Assembly (NCBI GenBank): GCA_965200785.1
Contig: CBDAVA010000003.1
Coordinates: 2,594,605 to 2,658,604 of the forward strand
Origin: Alphaproteobacteria bacterium
GTDB taxonomy: Bacteria > Pseudomonadota > Alphaproteobacteria > Bin95
Direction of reading: 5' to 3'
Length of the DNA: 64,000 nt
Shown: in pieces, positions 61,990-64,000 of the stretch
How positions within the stretch are numbered: the first letter of the stretch is position 1
Layout of the letters: every line of letters starts with the position of its first letter
Made by a program: the position numbers and the translations under genes
Notes under the pieces: model-generated
Databases searched by the model: none
Seen by the model: only the letters and a program-made list of their open reading frames with translations
Told to the model about the DNA's origin: nothing

Positions 61990-63041
61990 GTGGTGTCCTT
62001 TCCGGCGTCGGGGCGTCCTGCCCCGCGGAGGATGGGCAGAACGCGGTCGGCAAGCAAGTCGATGCTCCGCATGACCAGGCGGTGGTCCATGCCGAGCCAC
62101 TGCAGGCGTGCGATGATACGGTTGCACCCGGTCCCCTCCGCCAGTTGCAGCAGTTCTTCGGCGACCTCCTCCGGCGCACCCATCACAATCCGTCCGGCCA
62201 GCAATTCGTCGAGATCGAGTCGGTCCTTGTCGGTCCCGACAATGTTCCTGAACAACCCCTGCTGGCCAAAGACGCGATAGCTCGCTTCCAGGAACGGCCC
62301 GACCTCGCGGACCGCCGTCTTCCGGTCGGGCGCAACGACGATATTGCGGAGCATCGGAAAGCGCGCCGGCGCAGGCTTGCCCAGCGCCTCCAGGGCGTCG
62401 AGGAAGCATTGCGCCTGCCGCCTGACAACATCGCCGACCAGATGCGACGAGGCGACCCAGCTGTCGCCCAGCCGGGTATCGGCAAGCCTGGCCGCGCGCT
62501 CGACCGCTGCTTCCACGCTGCCGCCGAACCACATCGGAGGCCGCGGACGGCGGGCCGGCTTCAGGGCGAGCGACAGACCGTCGGCGGTGAAATGCCGGCC
62601 GGCGAAGGACACCTTCTCTTCAGTGAACAGTCGGCGGACGAGATCGACGCCTTCCAGATAGCGGCCGATACGGCGGTTGAAGTCTATCCCCATTAGCTCG
62701 AATTCGTCCTGCTGCCAGCCGGGCGCCACGCCGAGCGTGAACCTGCCGCCGGAGACCGCATCAAGCAGCGCCGCCTGCTCGGCCACCTGCAACGGATGGT
62801 AGAGCGGCAGGATCATCATGCAGGTGGCAAGCTGCATTCCCCTTGCCTCGCCTGCGAGATGCAGCAGCGTTTCAAGCGGCGGGAACCACGCCGCAGCGCC
62901 GTAGGAGAGGTGATTGCCGATCGCCGCGCCTTCAAAACCGCCCTGACGCGCGAGGCGAAGCTGCTCGACATGCTCGGCCATCTTTTCGCCCATATGCGCA
63001 TCCGGGCGATGTTCGGCGCAGATAAAGAGATACAGGTCCAT
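61986..63041 (-). CDS. LLM class flavin-dependent oxidoreductase
   Basis: PLYHPLQVAEQAALLDAVSGGRF, PRPPMWFGG, AVERAAR, GAPEEV. Confidence 0.85.
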   Translation of the reverse strand: MDLYLFICAEHRPDAHMGEKMAEHVEQLRLARQGGFEGAAIGNHLSYGAAAWFPPLETLLHLAGEARGMQLATCMMILPLYHPLQVAEQAALLDAVSGGRFTLGVAPGWQQDEFELMGIDFNRRIGRYLEGVDLVRRLFTEEKVSFAGRHFTADGLSLALKPARRPRPPMWFGGSVEAAVERAARLADTRLGDSWVASSHLVGDVVRRQAQCFLDALEALGKPAPARFPMLRNIVVAPDRKTAVREVGPFLEASYRVFGQQGLFRNIVGTDKDRLDLDELLAGRIVMGAPEEVAEELLQLAEGTGCNRIIARLQWLGMDHRLVMRSIDLLADRVLPILRGAGRPDAGKDTT

Positions 63042-63103
63042 GGGCGGCAAGACTGGCCCAAAGCGCCGCCGAGCGCCATAGCCTCAGCAGCGTCTGGGGC
63101 CCA

Positions 63104-63562
63104 CTAAACGAAGGGAGCGTCTCCGTTTGGCATTCGCGTTCCTCTGGCAGAGTCAGCCAGGGGCTTGAGAGGCCCGGCCATCCGCTCCGAACGCCCCGGC
63201 GCCGGCTCGGACCCCCTGTTGCGGCCCCGGACGCCCTGTTGTCGCGCCGGACGCCCTACTGTCGCCTCCGATCCTTCCGCAGGGCCGAAACGGCGGAGGA
63301 CGGCCCCCGGCGCTCCGCTCTGCTCCGCCCGGGGTGACGACAAGGGAGGCGGCATAAGCGGCGCGGCACGGAGGCGCGGTCCGAAAAACCCGCCAGCACG
63401 GGCCTTCATTGCACACTGAGACACGACCGAAACGAAATCGGGCGCCTTGCGGCGCCCTTTGCGAGTGTAGGTTTTCCGGTTTCGGATTCGCTGCGGACGA
63501 AGGTTGCGCAACGTCCGGGCGACCGGGTTGCGCCGCTTTGGCGGCGGCTTTTGTCGAGACAT
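63104..63562 (-). CDS. Small basic ArfA-like protein (conserved part ~44 aa, 63562-63431; frame stays open through the repeat to 63104)
   Basis: AGGAGG upstream of ATG 63562. Sequence MSRQKPPPKRRNPVARTLRNLRPQRIRNRKTYTRKGRRKAPDF. Confidence 0.6.
   Translation of the reverse strand: MSRQKPPPKRRNPVARTLRNLRPQRIRNRKTYTRKGRRKAPDFVSVVSQCAMKARAGGFFGPRLRAAPLMPPPLSSPRAEQSGAPGAVLRRFGPAEGSEATVGRPARQQGVRGRNRGSEPAPGRSERMAGPLKPLADSARGTRMPNGDAPFV
63119..63428 (-). repeat. Composite structured intergenic repeat (copy 2), with three internal ~20-bp tandem units
   Basis: Reverse-complement homolog of 14538-14810. Tandem units at ~63209-63268: GGACCCCCTGTTGCGGCCCC / GGACGCCCTGTTGTCGCGCC / GGACGCCCTACTGTCGCCTC. 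Confidence 0.85.
63430..63457 (-). terminator. Terminator-like hairpin inside the ArfA-like ORF
   Basis: GGGCGCC-GCAA-GGCGCCC followed by GATTTCGTTT on the minus strand. The U-tract is imperfect. Confidence 0.55.
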
Positions 63563-63600
63563 GACGCCAGCCCTCCTGGCCGCCCGGCGTGATGGATATA

Positions 63601-63675
63601 TGGTGGGCGCGGCTGGGTTTGAACCAGCGACCCCTGCCGTGTGAAGACAGTGCTCTCCCGCTGAGCTACGCGCCC
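63601..63675 (-). tRNA. tRNA-Val (anticodon CAC)
   Basis: GGGCGCG acceptor stem, TAGCTCAGCGGGAGAGC D-arm, CTGTC-TTCACAC-GGCAG anticodon arm, GGTTCAAACC T-arm, encoded CCA. Confidence 0.97.
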
Positions 63676-63686
63676 GTGTCCCGGAC

Positions 63687-63715
63687 CGTCTAGGCTTGGC
63701 CCTCCCGGCTGTCAA
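63687..63715 (-). promoter_or_regulatory. sigma70 promoter of tRNA-Val
   Basis: TTGACA-N17-TAGACG ending 11 nt before the tRNA 5' end. Confidence 0.7.
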
Positions 63716-64000
63716 GCACTGCCCCATGGGTCATCCAGCTCGAGCACGGCATTATCGGCGCCGAGGGCGGGGGCGGGCGCCCGGACCGCCGGACGCCGGC
63801 CGTCGAAAGAAATCGGCAGCGCGATGGCCTGCATCCCTTCCCGGTCCGGCACATCCACAATCTGGTCGAGCGCCTGCACCTGCGGCTCCTGCAGCGCCTC
63901 GACCAGATTGTTGACCGGCGAGGCCGGCACGCCGGCGGCTTCAAACAGCTCCATCCACTCACGGACAGTGCCTTCGGCAAGAACCGCCTGAATGTCCCGG
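63712..64000 (-). CDS. C-terminal part of a CaiB/BaiF CoA transferase (runs off the window edge)
   Basis: WMELFEAAGVPASPVN...PQV...PAPALGADN, a typical family III C-terminus. Confidence 0.75.
   Translation of the reverse strand, partial: RDIQAVLAEGTVREWMELFEAAGVPASPVNNLVEALQEPQVQALDQIVDVPDREGMQAIALPISFDGRRPAVRAPAPALGADNAVLELDDPWGSA

Noticed and set aside
63209-63268. Possible mini-CRISPR array
   Set aside because: The units are directly adjacent with no unique spacers, and there are no cas genes in the window.
63601-63675. tRNA-Val as an integration site for a prophage or island
   Set aside because: There is no integrase and I saw no duplicated tRNA 3' end in the window.
63104-63727. 207-aa ORF spanning the tRNA, the small basic ORF and the repeat
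   Set aside because: It reads through the tRNA gene and the repeat. Only the segment from ATG 63562 has an RBS and protein-like features.

Overview
GC-rich window, probably from an alphaproteobacterial chromosome: the lysC-ptsP, rodZ-ispG-hisS-prfA-prmC and msbA-DUF374-waaA-lpxK gene orders and the lysC/ubiG divergence fit this. It carries a porin, lipid A/Kdo genes, two peptide/nickel-type ABC operons with catabolic enzymes, ThyX, an amidinotransferase, valine catabolism genes, sarcosine oxidase soxBDAG, CoA transferases, cysS and tRNA-Val(CAC). Six oddities stand out. (1) An unannotated, very basic ArfA-like small ORF behind tRNA-Val has an intrinsic-terminator-like hairpin inside the reading frame before any stop codon, making it a candidate non-stop-mRNA ribosome-rescue factor. 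(2) A low-GC DUF262 + HEPN two-gene islet is a candidate anti-phage system. (3) A C14 tract lies between the -35 and -10 boxes of the porin promoter (candidate phase variation), and the porin has large Met-rich loop insertions. (4) UbiG is fused in frame to a nitrile-hydratase-beta/ScnB-like domain. (5) Two copies of a ~270-310 bp composite structured repeat are present. (6) ThyX has a 33-aa insertion. All family assignments come from motif recognition by eye; no database searches were run.
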